From Polynucleobacter meluiroseus (GTDB lineage Bacteria; Pseudomonadota; Gammaproteobacteria; Burkholderiales; Burkholderiaceae): 41,256 nucleotides of DNA. Below, piece after piece: positions 11,144 through 22,440 of the stretch. Every line of letters starts with the position of its first letter. Within the stretch, counting starts at the first letter, position 1. The notes below the pieces were generated by a model that was given only the letters and a program-made list of their open reading frames with translations, was not told the origin of the DNA and did not search any database. The position numbers and the translations under genes are program-made. The stretch covers positions 1-41,256 of the forward strand of contig CAMBBT010000001.1 in assembly GCA_945864455.1 (NCBI GenBank), written 5' to 3'.

Positions 11144-11971
11144 ATGGCAACACTACCGCTTGGGCAATCTTCACAATATCCCGATCAATATGATCCGAGT
11201 TTGCTCTTTACGATTCCTAGAATTGAAAACCGTAAAAAACTGGGTATTCAAGAAGGTGGAGCGTTACCTTTCGTTGGCGTTGATATTTGGAATGCTTTTG
11301 AGCTCGGCTGGCTCAATAAAAAAGGCAAGCCTCAAATAGCATTGGCAGAGTTTCAGATTCCTGCTGACTCACCGAATATGATTGAGTCTAAGTCCTTCAA
11401 GCTTTATCTCAATAGCCTAAATAGTGCTCGCTTTGAGGATGAGAATGAAGTCAAAGAGAGGCTCATCACAGATCTATCCGCAGTTGCTGGCAGCAAGATC
11501 ACGACTCGGATTAATGCAACAGAATCTATTGCGAAAAAAGGGATGCAAGAGATGGGTGGCATCCTGATGGATCGTCTTGATATTGAAGTCGATCCAAATC
11601 TCCCTGCAGACCCAAGTCTACTTAGCGTCAATGAATCCTTTGGTCCAATTGAACAGTGCTTAGTCTCCCATTTACTGAAATCAAACTGTCCCGTCACAGG
11701 CCAGCCTGACTGGGCTAGCGTCCAAATTCGTTATCAAGGACGCCCAATTCTTGAAGAAGGTTTATTGCGCTACCTCATTGGCTTTAGACAATTAGGTGAG
11801 TTTCATGAACACTGTGTTGAAACCATCTTCACTGATATCAAGCGCCAGTGCAAACCAGAAAAACTCTCTGTTTATGCGCGCTATACAAGACGGGGTGGAC
11901 TCGATATCAATCCATTTAGAACTGATCACAACTCACCGTGGCCTGAGAATATTCGGCATGCACGTCAATAA
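11144..11971 (+). CDS. queF: NADPH-dependent 7-cyano-7-deazaguanine reductase QueF (bimodular type)
   Basis: IESKSFKLYLNS, LLKSNCPVTGQPDW, FHEHCVE, YTRRGGLDINP; start placed at ATG 11144 after the upstream stop. Confidence 0.96.
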   Translation: MATLPLGQSSQYPDQYDPSLLFTIPRIENRKKLGIQEGGALPFVGVDIWNAFELGWLNKKGKPQIALAEFQIPADSPNMIESKSFKLYLNSLNSARFEDENEVKERLITDLSAVAGSKITTRINATESIAKKGMQEMGGILMDRLDIEVDPNLPADPSLLSVNESFGPIEQCLVSHLLKSNCPVTGQPDWASVQIRYQGRPILEEGLLRYLIGFRQLGEFHEHCVETIFTDIKRQCKPEKLSVYARYTRRGGLDINPFRTDHNSPWPENIRHARQ

Positions 11972-11988
11972 AATACGAGTAGACAAAT

Positions 11989-12024
11989 AAAAACCCCTTG
12001 TAGGAATTCCTAGAAGGGGTTTTT
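11989..12024. terminator. Bidirectional intrinsic terminator between convergent queF and ssb
   Basis: AAAAACCCCTT-GTAGGAATTCCTAG-AAGGGGTTTTT inverted repeat with A/T tracts on both sides. Confidence 0.85.
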
Positions 12025-12043
12025 GCTATTACGGTACGCCTAT

Positions 12044-12499
12044 TTAAAACGGAATATCGTCATCCATTGCACCGAGTGATGCAGCATTAGATGATGCTGG
12101 TGCAGACTGCTCAGCCGGCTTTGAACGAGCATAGCTCTCGCCACCATCACCACTTCCGCTTACTGGCTTGCCACCCAGCATTTGCATTGTTTCTGCAACG
12201 ATCTCAGTGGAATACTTTTCTTGCCCACTGGCATCCGTCCATTTACGTGTACGTAAACGGCCTTCACAATAAACCTGGGAACCTTTTTTAAGGTATTGAC
12301 CGGCGATTTCTGCAAGCTTGCCAAAGAACGCAACACGATGCCATTCTGTGGTTTCTTTCATTTCACCAGTTTGCTTATCTTTGTAGCGATCAGATGTTGC
12401 TACTGAAATATTGGTAACGGCGTCGCCGCTTGGCATATAACGTGTTTCTGGATCACGCCCTACGTTACCTACGATGATGACTTTATTTACCGAAGCCAT
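12044..12499 (-). CDS. ssb: Single-stranded DNA-binding protein
   Basis: [23 protein letters not shown], acidic tail DDDIPF; SD GGAG. Confidence 0.98.
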   Translation of the reverse strand: MASVNKVIIVGNVGRDPETRYMPSGDAVTNISVATSDRYKDKQTGEMKETTEWHRVAFFGKLAEIAGQYLKKGSQVYCEGRLRTRKWTDASGQEKYSTEIVAETMQMLGGKPVSGSGDGGESYARSKPAEQSAPASSNAASLGAMDDDIPF

Positions 12500-12573
12500 G
12501 TTGTCTCCCGAAGAAAAATACTGCTGTTATTACTACTCAAAATAAACTACTCGCTTTAATTAAATCAATGATG

Positions 12574-13764
12574 CTACGGTGATGTCTTTGTGGCTACATC
12601 CTTTGAATCTGTTGCTCTCACCGGCATTTCACCCATCGACCAAGCAATTATAAGCCAGCAAACTAAGAGTACCGTACCGGCTGCAAAGACCGATAAATCA
12701 CCATGGCTATCCATTAACCAACCCCCTAACAATGCGCCAGAAAAGAGGCCAATCGATTGTGTTGTGTTGTAAACCCCTAAAGCTGTTCCCTTAGACTCCT
12801 TTGCATAACGAGTCACTAATGAGGGTTGCAAAGCCTCTAGTAAGTTAAAGCCTACGAAGTAAATCAGTAATGCAGCCGTGATTAGGGTCACAGTTGAAGC
12901 TTGAGTAAAAATGATTTCAGCAATAATCAGAAGAATGATGGCGATTAATAAGACAAGTCGTATGCGCTGTTTTTTCTCGCCATAAATTAAAAGTGGAACC
13001 ATAAATACAAAAGACAGCAAAACAACTGAGAGATAAATTTGCCAGTGTTCCGCCAGCGGAAATCCAGCCTGCTCTAGTAAGCGTGGTACCACTAAAAACA
13101 TGGCTACTTGGGTAGCGTTTAAGACAAATACTCCTATATTGAGGCGCATGAGCTCTGGGCGCAGAAACACCACTTTGAGTGAAGCTTGTTGCGCAGGAAC
13201 TTCAGGTTTGTTATCTGGTAAAACAAAATAGGTCACAAGCATCGCTACAACACCTAAGATTGCGAGCACCACAAACATGCCGCTTAAAGTAATAAAGCGG
13301 TACAGAGGGGCGGCCACAACCAGCGAAATAGCAAAAGATAGAGAAATGCTGGCGCCGACCAACGCCATAGCTTGACTGCGCACCTGCTCCCGAGTCAGAT
13401 CAGCAACCCAAGCGGAAACAGCCGCAGAAATGGCTCCAGCGCCCATAACACCTCTGCCGATCGAGATCCACAGCAAATCATCCTGAGAGGCGCAAATTAA
13501 GGCTCCGGCAACAAATAAGGATAGGCCCCATAAAACGACTGTTTTTCGGCCGATTCGGTCGGAAAGCCTACCTAAAGGAATATGGAAACAGGCCTGAACA
13601 ATATTGAAAATTCCCAACGCCAGCCCGATTAAAAGGGCTTGGTCTCCTCCTGGCAAGTCTTTGGCATGAATACTAAAGACAGGCAAAAGTAAGAAAAGGC
13701 CCAGCATACGCAGGCCAAAGATGCCGGCTAAAGCGAGAGAGGAGCGAAGTTCAGAAGGATTCAT
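12574..13764 (-). CDS. MFS transporter (YajR-like)
   Basis: LRMLGLF, GRLSDRIGRK motif A, about 12 hydrophobic segments; usual position between uvrA and ssb. Confidence 0.9.
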   Translation of the reverse strand: MNPSELRSSLALAGIFGLRMLGLFLLLPVFSIHAKDLPGGDQALLIGLALGIFNIVQACFHIPLGRLSDRIGRKTVVLWGLSLFVAGALICASQDDLLWISIGRGVMGAGAISAAVSAWVADLTREQVRSQAMALVGASISLSFAISLVVAAPLYRFITLSGMFVVLAILGVVAMLVTYFVLPDNKPEVPAQQASLKVVFLRPELMRLNIGVFVLNATQVAMFLVVPRLLEQAGFPLAEHWQIYLSVVLLSFVFMVPLLIYGEKKQRIRLVLLIAIILLIIAEIIFTQASTVTLITAALLIYFVGFNLLEALQPSLVTRYAKESKGTALGVYNTTQSIGLFSGALLGGWLMDSHGDLSVFAAGTVLLVCWLIIAWSMGEMPVRATDSKDVATKTSP

Positions 13765-13801
13765 GGGAAAGAGCTATATTAACAAGTTAGGCTAAAAAAT
13801 C

Positions 13802-16702
13802 ATGACTAACGAAATTAAAATCCGTGGTGCCCGCACCCACAACCTCAAAAACATTAATCTAGACATTCCTAGAGAGAAATTAGTCGTCCTCACTGGATTG
13901 TCTGGCTCTGGCAAAAGCTCATTGGCTTTCGATACCCTTTATGCAGAGGGTCAGCGTCGTTATGTCGAATCGCTTTCTGCCTATGCACGTCAGTTTTTAC
14001 AGCTCATGGAAAAGCCAGATGTCGATACTATCGAAGGTCTTTCACCAGCAATTTCAATTGAGCAAAAAGCGACTAGCCATAACCCACGCTCAACTGTGGG
14101 AACCGTTACTGAAATTCATGATTACTTGCGTCTACTATTCGCTCGCGCGGGTACACCCCATTGTCCCGATCATGACCTTCCATTAGAGGCACAAAGTGTT
14201 TCTCAAATGGTAGATACCGTGCTCTCGATGCCAGAAGATACGAAGTTAATGATTCTTGCGCCCGTTGTCAGCGAGCGTAAAGGCGAATTCGTCGACCTCT
14301 TCCAAGATTTGCAGGCACAAGGCTTTGTTCGCTTTCGGGTACGCTCTGGTGGTGGCACAGCTAATGCCGCCAAAGCAGAGATCTTTGAAGTAGATCAACT
14401 ACCCACGCTAAAGAAAAACGATAAGCATTCTATTGAAGTAGTAGTGGATCGCATTAAAGTGCGCCCTGATATTCAGCAACGTCTTGCAGAATCTTTTGAG
14501 ACAGCTCTGCGCCTAGCAGATGGCAAAGCCATGATTGTTGATATGGATAGTGGTAAAGAAATGATTTTCTCAAGCAAGTTTGCTTGTCCAGTTTGCTCAT
14601 ACTCTTTACAGGAACTAGAGCCCCGCCTCTTCTCATTCAATAATCCGATGGGTGCCTGCCCCTCATGCGACGGACTTGGCCATCAATCCTTTTTTGATCC
14701 AAAGCGAATCGTTGCCCATCCAGATTTATCGCTAGCCTCTGGTGCAATTAAAGGCTGGGACCGTCGCAATCAGTTTTACTTCAAGTTACTACAGACCCTG
14801 GCTAAGCATGGCGGCTTTGATGTCGAGAAGCCTTTTGAAACACTTTCCAAGAAACAGCAAGAGCTGATCCTACTGGGTTCAGGCGATGTGACCATTCCTT
14901 TTGAATACATCAACGAGCGCGGTAAAAACACTACGCGAGGACACGCCTTTGAGGGCATCATTGCCAACTTTGAGCGTCGCTATCGTGAAACCGACTCCAT
15001 GACAGTGCGTGAAGAATTATCGCGCTATCAAAACGTACAAACCTGTCCTGAATGCAATGGCTGTCGCTTACGTAAGGAAGCGCGCTTTGTGAAAGTCGGC
15101 GAGAAAAAACAATCTCGCGCTATCTATGAGATCAGCGCATTGCCCCTTAAAGAAGCAAAAGAGTATTTTGAAGCCTTAGATCTCAAGGGTGCCAAACGAG
15201 AAATCGCTGACAAGATCGTTAAAGAAATTAGTGCGCGTCTACGTTTTTTAAATGATGTGGGCCTTGACTATCTTTCTCTTGAGCGTAGTGCGGATACCCT
15301 TTCTGGTGGTGAAGCCCAGCGTATTCGCCTTGCAAGCCAAATTGGCTCTGGCTTAACCGGAGTCATGTACGTTCTCGATGAACCATCCATTGGCCTACAT
15401 CAACGTGATAACGATCGTTTAATTGGCACACTCAAGCACTTACGTGATCTTGGTAATAGCGTCTTAGTCGTTGAGCATGATGAGGATATGATTCGTGCGT
15501 CTGACTGGGTCATCGACATTGGTCCTGGAGCAGGCGTCCATGGTGGCGAGATTGTGGCCCAAGGAACTCCTGCAGAAGTGGAAGCAAATCTGAATTCTTT
15601 AACTGGCGCCTATCTTGCTGGACGTGAAGCTATTGCGGTTCCAGAAAAACGTATTCCAGTCAATGATCGATTCTTAGAAATTCTCGGAGCACGTGGCAAT
15701 AACTTGCAATCCGTGCATGCCAAAATTCCAGTAGGGCTGCTGACTTGTGTCACTGGTGTTTCAGGATCTGGTAAATCTACATTAATTAATGACACCTTGC
15801 ATTATGCAGTCGCTCAGCATCTCTATGGCTCTAACGCAGAACCAGCAGCGCACGATTCCATGAAGGGCTTAGAGTATTTTGACAAAGTCATTAGCGTAGA
15901 CCAGTCGCCGATTGGCAGAACGCCACGCTCTAACCCGGCAACCTATACAGGGCTATTTACACCTATTAGAGAACTCTTTGCGGGCGTTCCGGCGTCACGT
16001 GAGCGTGGCTATGAAGCTGGCCGCTTCTCTTTTAACGTGAAGGGTGGTCGCTGCGACTCTTGTGAAGGTGATGGCGTGCTGAAAGTAGAAATGCACTTCT
16101 TACCAGACGTGTATGTGCCTTGTGATGTTTGTCATGGTAAGCGCTATAACCGTGAAACTTTAGACATTCGCTACAAGGGTAAGAACATTCATGAAGTTCT
16201 GTCGATGACGATAGAGCAAGCGCATGAATTCTTTGAGGCTGTTCCGATTGTTAAACGTAAACTCAAAACTCTCCTTGATGTTGGCTTAGGCTATGTCAAG
16301 CTTGGGCAAAGTGCTACCACGCTATCTGGCGGTGAGGCACAACGCGTAAAGCTCTCTCTCGAGTTATCTAAACGGGATACCGGTAGAACTCTATATATCC
16401 TAGATGAGCCGACCACTGGCTTGCATTTCCATGATATCGGGCTATTACTTACGGTAATTCAGACATTAAAGAAGCAAGGCAACACTATCGTCATCATTGA
16501 GCACAACTTAGATGTGATCAAGACTGCCGACTGGATTATTGATTTAGGACCCAAAGGTGGCGCTGGTGGTGGGCAAATCATTGCTACTGGAACACCAGAA
16601 GATGTGGCTAAAAATGCTGCAAGCTTCACTGGCCATTACTTAGCACCATTATTGACACGTAAAGCCATCGTCAGCAAGAAAAAGAAATCAATACAGAATT
16701 AG
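13802..16702 (+). CDS. uvrA: Excinuclease ABC subunit A
   Basis: Two Walker A motifs ([16 protein letters not shown]), two LSGGEAQR signatures, zinc-finger cysteines. Confidence 0.99.
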   Translation: MTNEIKIRGARTHNLKNINLDIPREKLVVLTGLSGSGKSSLAFDTLYAEGQRRYVESLSAYARQFLQLMEKPDVDTIEGLSPAISIEQKATSHNPRSTVGTVTEIHDYLRLLFARAGTPHCPDHDLPLEAQSVSQMVDTVLSMPEDTKLMILAPVVSERKGEFVDLFQDLQAQGFVRFRVRSGGGTANAAKAEIFEVDQLPTLKKNDKHSIEVVVDRIKVRPDIQQRLAESFETALRLADGKAMIVDMDSGKEMIFSSKFACPVCSYSLQELEPRLFSFNNPMGACPSCDGLGHQSFFDPKRIVAHPDLSLASGAIKGWDRRNQFYFKLLQTLAKHGGFDVEKPFETLSKKQQELILLGSGDVTIPFEYINERGKNTTRGHAFEGIIANFERRYRETDSMTVREELSRYQNVQTCPECNGCRLRKEARFVKVGEKKQSRAIYEISALPLKEAKEYFEALDLKGAKREIADKIVKEISARLRFLNDVGLDYLSLERSADTLSGGEAQRIRLASQIGSGLTGVMYVLDEPSIGLHQRDNDRLIGTLKHLRDLGNSVLVVEHDEDMIRASDWVIDIGPGAGVHGGEIVAQGTPAEVEANLNSLTGAYLAGREAIAVPEKRIPVNDRFLEILGARGNNLQSVHAKIPVGLLTCVTGVSGSGKSTLINDTLHYAVAQHLYGSNAEPAAHDSMKGLEYFDKVISVDQSPIGRTPRSNPATYTGLFTPIRELFAGVPASRERGYEAGRFSFNVKGGRCDSCEGDGVLKVEMHFLPDVYVPCDVCHGKRYNRETLDIRYKGKNIHEVLSMTIEQAHEFFEAVPIVKRKLKTLLDVGLGYVKLGQSATTLSGGEAQRVKLSLELSKRDTGRTLYILDEPTTGLHFHDIGLLLTVIQTLKKQGNTIVIIEHNLDVIKTADWIIDLGPKGGAGGGQIIATGTPEDVAKNAASFTGHYLAPLLTRKAIVSKKKKSIQN

Positions 16703-18681
16703 AGTAATTTAGCTACAGCTAAATCAGTCGCCTCTGAATTTCCTGAGATTACTAAAATGTCATTTGCCTCGAGCTTGAGTTCGGGGGTAAGTGCTAGCTG
16801 CACATAATCAGCACTTGCTACTTTTCGACGGACAGCCTGAACACTGATGCCCTCAGTCTCCAGATCAAGCTCACCTAGGGTTTTACCAACTGCTTGGGAT
16901 TGCGGTAGTAGCGTAATCGCATGCAGACGCCAAGACTCATTCGACCCAAAGTCATCATCTGCCGAACCGCGGAAATAACCCCTCAATAAGCTATAACGCT
17001 CTTCACGAGCAGTAGTAATTCTTCTGACTACCTTGCGCATCGGTACGCCCATGATTAGCAAGACGTGAGAGGCAATCATGAGACTGCCCTCAATGAGCTC
17101 AGGAATAACTTCAGTAGCACCAGCAGCCTGTAGTTTTGCAATATCAGCATCATCTCTAGTGCGCACTAATACTGTCATTCCTGGGCGCAAATGCTCTACT
17201 TGTCTCAACACACGCATGCTTGCCGCAGTATCTGCATACGTAATGACTACCGCTTTTGCTCGAGAGAGGCCGGCAGCAATCAAATAGTTTTCACGGCTAG
17301 CGTCGCCATAGACAACGTTATCACCAGCAGCAGCAGCTTCCTTAATGCGATCAGGATCTAGATCCAAAGCAATGTAAGGGATTTTTTCTTGGTCTAGCAT
17401 GCGTGCCAAGTTTTGCCCTGATCGACCAAAACCACAAATCACAACATGGTTTTCATTACGCACACTCTTGGCTGCCACCCGTGTCAAAGCAAGTGATTGC
17501 AATAACCATTCGTTACTAGAGAAGCGCATTGCAATGCGATCGCTATATTCAATTAAGAAAGGCGCCCAGAACATCGAGATCAGCATTGCTGCTAATACTA
17601 CCTGGCTCAAAGTTGGGTCAATTAAATCCAATCCATCAATTTGAGTGAGCAAAACAAAGCCGAATTCACCTGCTTGAGCTAGACATAGGCCGGTTCTGAT
17701 AGAAATGCCAGTGCTAGAACCAAATACTTTAGAGAGTAAGGTAATGAGGCCGAACTTGCATACCAGTGGGCCTATTAGTAAAGCCAAAACTAACATCCAT
17801 TGCTCTCGAATGACATTGAAATCCAGTAGCATGCCAATCGTTATAAAGAAAAGCCCAAGCAAGACATCGCGGAAAGGTTTGATGTCTTCCTCCACCTGAT
17901 GGCGGTATGGTGTTTCAGAAATCAACATGCCCGCCAAGAATGCGCCGAGCGCTAAAGATAAACCGAAGTGCTCAGTCAAGCCTGCCATGCCCAACACAAT
18001 TAACAAAAGATTGAGCATGAATAATTCTTGGGAACGGAACTTAGCCACTAACTTGAACCAGCGACTCATCAGTGTTTGACCGATAAAGAAAATCAGCACT
18101 AATGCAATCGTGATCTTGATTGATGCAGCAGTAAGTGCAACAAACAAGTCTGTGGGATTTTTTCCAAGCGATGGCAGCAAGATCAATAAAAAGACGACTG
18201 CCAAATCTTGAAATAGTAAAATACCAACGACATTCCGACCGTGGTCTGTTTCTAATTCAGCACGATCAGAAATCAATTTAGTCACGATCGCAGTAGAAGA
18301 CATTGCCAATGCGCCACCCAAAGCAATCGCCGCTTGCCAAGAGATCGGGTAAACCCAGTTCATCAGCAGACTAGCTGGCACTGCCAAGAGCATGGTCAAA
18401 ATTACCTGGCTAGCGCCAAGGCCAAATACGATCTTGCGCATTGACCTCAGCTTATTGAGGTTAAATTCCAGGCCAATTGAAAACATTAAGAAGACAACCC
18501 CAAATTCAGCCAAATACTTTACTGTGGCGGAGTCGCTCGCTAGGCCAAAGGCATTAGGGCCAATCAGGACACCAATGGCCAAATAGCCCAAAATAGGGGG
18601 TAAGCCAAAATAGCGGAAAATAAGCACTCCGGCCACACCAGAGGCCAGGAGAATGAGAGTTAACTGAAGGACTGACGGCAT
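16699..18681 (-). CDS. CPA2 family monovalent cation:H+ antiporter with TrkA-N/TrkA-C domains (Kef-like)
   Basis: [42 protein letters not shown] motif, YGDA. Confidence 0.92.
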   Translation of the reverse strand: MPSVLQLTLILLASGVAGVLIFRYFGLPPILGYLAIGVLIGPNAFGLASDSATVKYLAEFGVVFLMFSIGLEFNLNKLRSMRKIVFGLGASQVILTMLLAVPASLLMNWVYPISWQAAIALGGALAMSSTAIVTKLISDRAELETDHGRNVVGILLFQDLAVVFLLILLPSLGKNPTDLFVALTAASIKITIALVLIFFIGQTLMSRWFKLVAKFRSQELFMLNLLLIVLGMAGLTEHFGLSLALGAFLAGMLISETPYRHQVEEDIKPFRDVLLGLFFITIGMLLDFNVIREQWMLVLALLIGPLVCKFGLITLLSKVFGSSTGISIRTGLCLAQAGEFGFVLLTQIDGLDLIDPTLSQVVLAAMLISMFWAPFLIEYSDRIAMRFSSNEWLLQSLALTRVAAKSVRNENHVVICGFGRSGQNLARMLDQEKIPYIALDLDPDRIKEAAAAGDNVVYGDASRENYLIAAGLSRAKAVVITYADTAASMRVLRQVEHLRPGMTVLVRTRDDADIAKLQAAGATEVIPELIEGSLMIASHVLLIMGVPMRKVVRRITTAREERYSLLRGYFRGSADDDFGSNESWRLHAITLLPQSQAVGKTLGELDLETEGISVQAVRRKVASADYVQLALTPELKLEANDILVISGNSEATDLAVAKLL

Positions 18682-18698
18682 ATACTTACTCGATGATA
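18681..18698. promoter_or_regulatory. Putative interlocked divergent -10 boxes for kdsD (+, TATACT 18681-18686) and the antiporter (-, TATCAT 18698-18693)
   Basis: Only 11 bp separate the two ATGs; each hexamer overlaps the other gene's start codon. Confidence 0.45.
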
Positions 18699-19685
18699 GC
18701 TAAGAATCGTGAACGAACCCTAAAGCTTGCGCGTGATACCCTCACTATTGAGGCTGTTGCACTGCAAACGATGCGCGACCGTCTTGAGGGCCCTAATGCT
18801 GATGCCCTAGTGCTTGCGGTTGAGTTACTCCATGGCTGCAAAGGCAGAATTGTAGTGTCTGGTATCGGTAAATCTGGTCATATTGCACGCAAAATTGCCG
18901 CTACTTTCGCTTCTACTGGCTCCCCTGCTTTTTTTGTACACCCTGCTGAAGCCAGTCATGGCGATTTAGGAATGGTGACAAGAGAAGATGTATTTGTAGC
19001 CCTCTCGAATTCCGGCGAGACCGATGAATTGTTAACTATCGTTCCCATCATCAAACGTACCGGAGCAAAACTGATTGCATTGACTGGTGGTCCAAATTCA
19101 TCTCTTGCGAAGCTAGCCGATGCCCACCTTGACACCAGCGTTGAAAAAGAAGCGTGTCCTCTCAATCTGGCGCCAACTACGAGCACCACTGCTGCATTAG
19201 CGATGGGAGATGCTTTAGCAGTTGCACTCTTAGATGCTAGAGGGTTTGAAGCAGAGGATTTCATCCGCTCACATCCGGGCGGCAGACTTGGCCGAAAACA
19301 ACTGATGCATGTCAGCGAAGTGATGCGTAGCTTTGATGACACTCCTAAAATTTCCGTTGAAGCAACCTTACAAGATGCCCTACTAGAGATGACCGCCAAG
19401 CGCATGGGCATGGTTGTTGCCTTAGATCAAAATAAAAAGGTATTTGGCATTTTGACCGACGGTGACCTACGCCGCTTATTAGAAAAGAAAACCAATCTGG
19501 ATGGTATTACCCTGAAAAGCGCGACCACGCCTGGCCCCCGCACAATTCCGCCTGAGCTACTCGCAGAAGAGGCAATTGAGATGATGGAAAAACATCGTAT
19601 TAATCATTTAGTTGTTACTGATAGCAATGGGCAACTATTAGGCGCGCTCAATCTGCATGATTTGTTTGCAGCAAAAGTCATTTAA
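18693..19685 (+). CDS. kdsD: Arabinose-5-phosphate isomerase (SIS + CBS)
   Basis: GIGKSGHIARKIAATFASTG, HPAEASHGDLG, EACPLNLAPT, HPGGRLG, TDGDLRR. Confidence 0.96.
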   Translation: MIAKNRERTLKLARDTLTIEAVALQTMRDRLEGPNADALVLAVELLHGCKGRIVVSGIGKSGHIARKIAATFASTGSPAFFVHPAEASHGDLGMVTREDVFVALSNSGETDELLTIVPIIKRTGAKLIALTGGPNSSLAKLADAHLDTSVEKEACPLNLAPTTSTTAALAMGDALAVALLDARGFEAEDFIRSHPGGRLGRKQLMHVSEVMRSFDDTPKISVEATLQDALLEMTAKRMGMVVALDQNKKVFGILTDGDLRRLLEKKTNLDGITLKSATTPGPRTIPPELLAEEAIEMMEKHRINHLVVTDSNGQLLGALNLHDLFAAKVI

Positions 19686-19707
19686 TCTTTCATCTAGTTT
19701 AATTTCA

Positions 19708-20280
19708 ATGCCGAGCGCTTTTAATACCCACAATACGAATCCTCTAGCCCAATACCCACAAGCTTGGGAGCGCGCAAGTAAAGTAAAGCTCCTGGTGCTG
19801 GATGTCGATGGCGTCTTAACTAATGGGCAAGTATGGATTGGTGCCGATGGTAAGGAGTCACTGAAAGCATTTGATATTCAGGATGGTTTAGGTATTAAAT
19901 TATTGGAGCAATGCGGAATACCGACCGCTATCATCACTGGTAGACATTCAAAAATGGTCCTAGCGCGTTGCGAAGAGTTAGGCATTAAATATGTCCATAT
20001 GGGCGTGGAAAACAAAGCTATCGCCTTGGATCAAGTTATTAAAACCTTAAGTCTTTCTACATCAGACTGTGCTGTTATGGGCGATGACTGGCCAGATTTG
20101 CAAATGATGAAAAATGCTGGCTTCAGAATTTGCCCTGCACAAGCTCATGCTGCAGTAAAAGAATTTGCCCACTTCGTAACTAATCATAGCGGTGGAAATA
20201 GTGCTGTACGAGAGGTGTGTGACCTGATTCTGAAGGCACAAAACCACTACGAAGAATTGCTTAATAAAGCACGTAACTAA
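19708..20280 (+). CDS. kdsC: KDO 8-phosphate phosphatase
   Basis: HAD motif LDVDGVLT, DGLGIK, GDDWPD, AVREVCDLIL; start placed at ATG 19708. Confidence 0.93.
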   Translation: MPSAFNTHNTNPLAQYPQAWERASKVKLLVLDVDGVLTNGQVWIGADGKESLKAFDIQDGLGIKLLEQCGIPTAIITGRHSKMVLARCEELGIKYVHMGVENKAIALDQVIKTLSLSTSDCAVMGDDWPDLQMMKNAGFRICPAQAHAAVKEFAHFVTNHSGGNSAVREVCDLILKAQNHYEELLNKARN

Positions 20281-20283
20281 ATA

Positions 20284-20925
20284 ATGGAATTCAATACTCA
20301 AAAAGTGAAGCTCGTTATTGGACGGACTCTATTACGTCTGATGCCATTGATTTTGATGAGTGCGCTAACCCTAGCAACCTTTTGGTTAGTGCAAAAAAAT
20401 ACTCCCCCCGAAAAATCTACGTTAGAGCGAGTAAGACTGCACGAGCCGGATTACATCATCAATGGTGGCGCTCTATCTGTACTAAATGAATTCGGTAACA
20501 CCAAATACCGAATTCTAGGTAAGAAAGTGACCCACTATGACGATGATGCCTCGATTGATATTCTGACGCCTCGTATGCGCTTCTTCCAGCTAGATAAGGC
20601 TCCAGTAACGGTCAAATCTGATGCAGGACACCTTGATGGAGATCTCACAGTTTTGGATCTCATTAATAATGCATCTATCTTTCGACCAGCCCAAGCAGCA
20701 ACAGCTTCACAAGCCGCAACGCTCAGATTGCTTGCATCCTCTACCTATTTCAAAGTACTCATTAATGACGACATCATTGAAACTAATAGGCCTATGACGC
20801 TTGAACAAGGTATGTCAACCATGCACTCTACCGAGGGTGGAAAATTTAATAACGTTGAACAAAGCATGACGCTATTAGGGCAAGTGAAAGGGCGTATTGA
20901 GCGAGCGCCAAGAGGTAATCAGTAA
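20284..20925 (+). CDS. lptC: LPS export protein LptC
   Basis: Single N-terminal TM, HEPDY, THYDDD motifs; sits between kdsC and lptA. Confidence 0.88.
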   Translation: MEFNTQKVKLVIGRTLLRLMPLILMSALTLATFWLVQKNTPPEKSTLERVRLHEPDYIINGGALSVLNEFGNTKYRILGKKVTHYDDDASIDILTPRMRFFQLDKAPVTVKSDAGHLDGDLTVLDLINNASIFRPAQAATASQAATLRLLASSTYFKVLINDDIIETNRPMTLEQGMSTMHSTEGGKFNNVEQSMTLLGQVKGRIERAPRGNQ

Positions 20926-21495
20926 ATGATTATTAAATTGCACTCCTCGCTCCACTTGATTGCCTTTATTCTTATAGCCAACTTAGGTGCGGTTGGTTTT
21001 TCCCATGCAGAAAAAGCAGATCAAGATAAACCAATTATTCTCGAAGCAAAAAAAGTTTCTATAAATGATGTTAAGCAAATTTATGATCTCAATGGTCAAG
21101 TGCTCATAATTAAAGGCAGCATTTTAGTAACTGGTGAAGATGGTCATATTCAAGTTGATCCTGAAGGTTATGAGTTTGTTGACGTTAAAGGCACACCAGA
21201 TGCTACGGCTAGCTTTAGACAACGCCGCGAGGGGCCTGCAGATGAATTCATGCAAGGCTTAGCTACCCAGGTTAACTACAATGCCAAAACTGAAGTTCTC
21301 ACATTAACTGGTGATGCTAAGCTCAAGCGCCTCCTCAATATGCAAATGCTTGACCAATTACGCGGTTGGAAAATTGAGTACGATGATGTAAAGCAGTACT
21401 ATAAAGTTACACCCCCTAAAGATGCAAAGCCAGATGATCTACCCCTGGCTAGAGCAGTTCTTTCACCAAGACGAAAAGCCACATTAGAGAAATGA
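20926..21495 (+). CDS. lptA: LPS transport periplasmic protein LptA
   Basis: Signal peptide ending [11 protein letters not shown]; OstA-like beta-jellyroll pattern; precedes lptB. Confidence 0.9.
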   Translation: MIIKLHSSLHLIAFILIANLGAVGFSHAEKADQDKPIILEAKKVSINDVKQIYDLNGQVLIIKGSILVTGEDGHIQVDPEGYEFVDVKGTPDATASFRQRREGPADEFMQGLATQVNYNAKTEVLTLTGDAKLKRLLNMQMLDQLRGWKIEYDDVKQYYKVTPPKDAKPDDLPLARAVLSPRRKATLEK

Positions 21496-22259
21496 CAACG
21501 GATTTAGCTCAAACCAATAGCCCAGCAACTCTGAGTGCGCATCACCTACAAAAACGTTATGGCTCTAGGACGGTGGTTCGAGATGTTTCTATCGAAGTGA
21601 AGTGTGGTGAAGTAGTTGGCTTACTTGGGCCCAATGGTGCCGGTAAAACAACCTCGTTTTATATGATTGTTGGCTTAGTTCCGCTTGACGGAGGCAGTAT
21701 TGTTTTGGATGGTGCCGACATCACCCGTTTACCTATCCATGAGCGTGCTCGCATGGGTTTGTCTTATCTTCCCCAAGAAGCCTCCGTTTTCAGAAAACTC
21801 AATGTCGCTGAGAATATCCAGGCTGTCCTTGAACTCCAAGCACAAGGTGGCAAGCAGCTGACTAAAGCTGAAATTGCCGACCGCCTTGATGAGCTCTTGG
21901 GTGAGCTACAAATTAGCCATCTGCGCAATAACCCCGCCCTCTCCCTATCTGGTGGTGAGCGTCGTCGAGTGGAGATTGCTAGGGCTTTAGCCTCCCAGCC
22001 CAAATTTATCTTGCTAGATGAACCATTTGCCGGCGTTGACCCTATTGCTGTTGGGGAAATTCAGCGCATCGTACGTTTTTTACGAGACCGCCAGATTGGC
22101 GTTCTCATTACCGACCATAACGTTCGGGAAACCCTTGGTATTTGCGACCATGCCTACATCATTAGCGAAGGCAGCGTTCTAGCGGAAGGTAAGCCAGACC
22201 AAATTATCCAAAATGACTCCGTTCGCAGAGTCTACCTGGGCGAAAACTTCAGGATGTAA
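21492..22259 (+). CDS. lptB: LPS export ABC transporter ATPase LptB
   Basis: [47 protein letters not shown]. Confidence 0.98.
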   Translation: MTTDLAQTNSPATLSAHHLQKRYGSRTVVRDVSIEVKCGEVVGLLGPNGAGKTTSFYMIVGLVPLDGGSIVLDGADITRLPIHERARMGLSYLPQEASVFRKLNVAENIQAVLELQAQGGKQLTKAEIADRLDELLGELQISHLRNNPALSLSGGERRRVEIARALASQPKFILLDEPFAGVDPIAVGEIQRIVRFLRDRQIGVLITDHNVRETLGICDHAYIISEGSVLAEGKPDQIIQNDSVRRVYLGENFRM

Positions 22260-22307
22260 GCTGGGTGGCCTTCTAGGCTATTTAGCTAATAAAGATGCTT
22301 TTCCCTC

Positions 22308-22336
22308 TTGGTTTTCAGCAAATTCGCTGATACGCT
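22308..22336 (+). promoter_or_regulatory. Putative sigma70 promoter for the uORF-hpf transcript
   Basis: TTGGTT-N17-TACGCT with a TG extension at 22328-22329. Confidence 0.5.
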
Positions 22337-22344
22337 GGAGGTTC

Positions 22345-22410
22345 ATGAAGTTCCTTTCCAAAAATACTGCTCAAACGATTTCAGGGGCTTGCTGCGCACC
22401 CCAGGCATGA
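22345..22410 (+). CDS. Candidate 21-aa leader peptide MKFLSKNTAQTISGACCAPQA upstream of hpf
   Basis: ATG 8 nt after the predicted -10 box, TGA 30 nt before the hpf start; no homology evidence available. Confidence 0.35.
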   Translation: MKFLSKNTAQTISGACCAPQA

Positions 22411-22440
22411 GCATGCGCACGCGTATACAAGGAGATGCTG

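Noticed and set aside
13765-13801. LexA/SOS box upstream of uvrA (also checked upstream of ssb, 12500-12573)
   Set aside because: No CTGT-N8-ACAG match in either spacer
22260-22440. rpoN pseudogene remnant or sigma-54 (-24/-12) promoter
   Set aside because: No RpoN-like peptide recognised and no TGGCAC-N5-TTGC pattern
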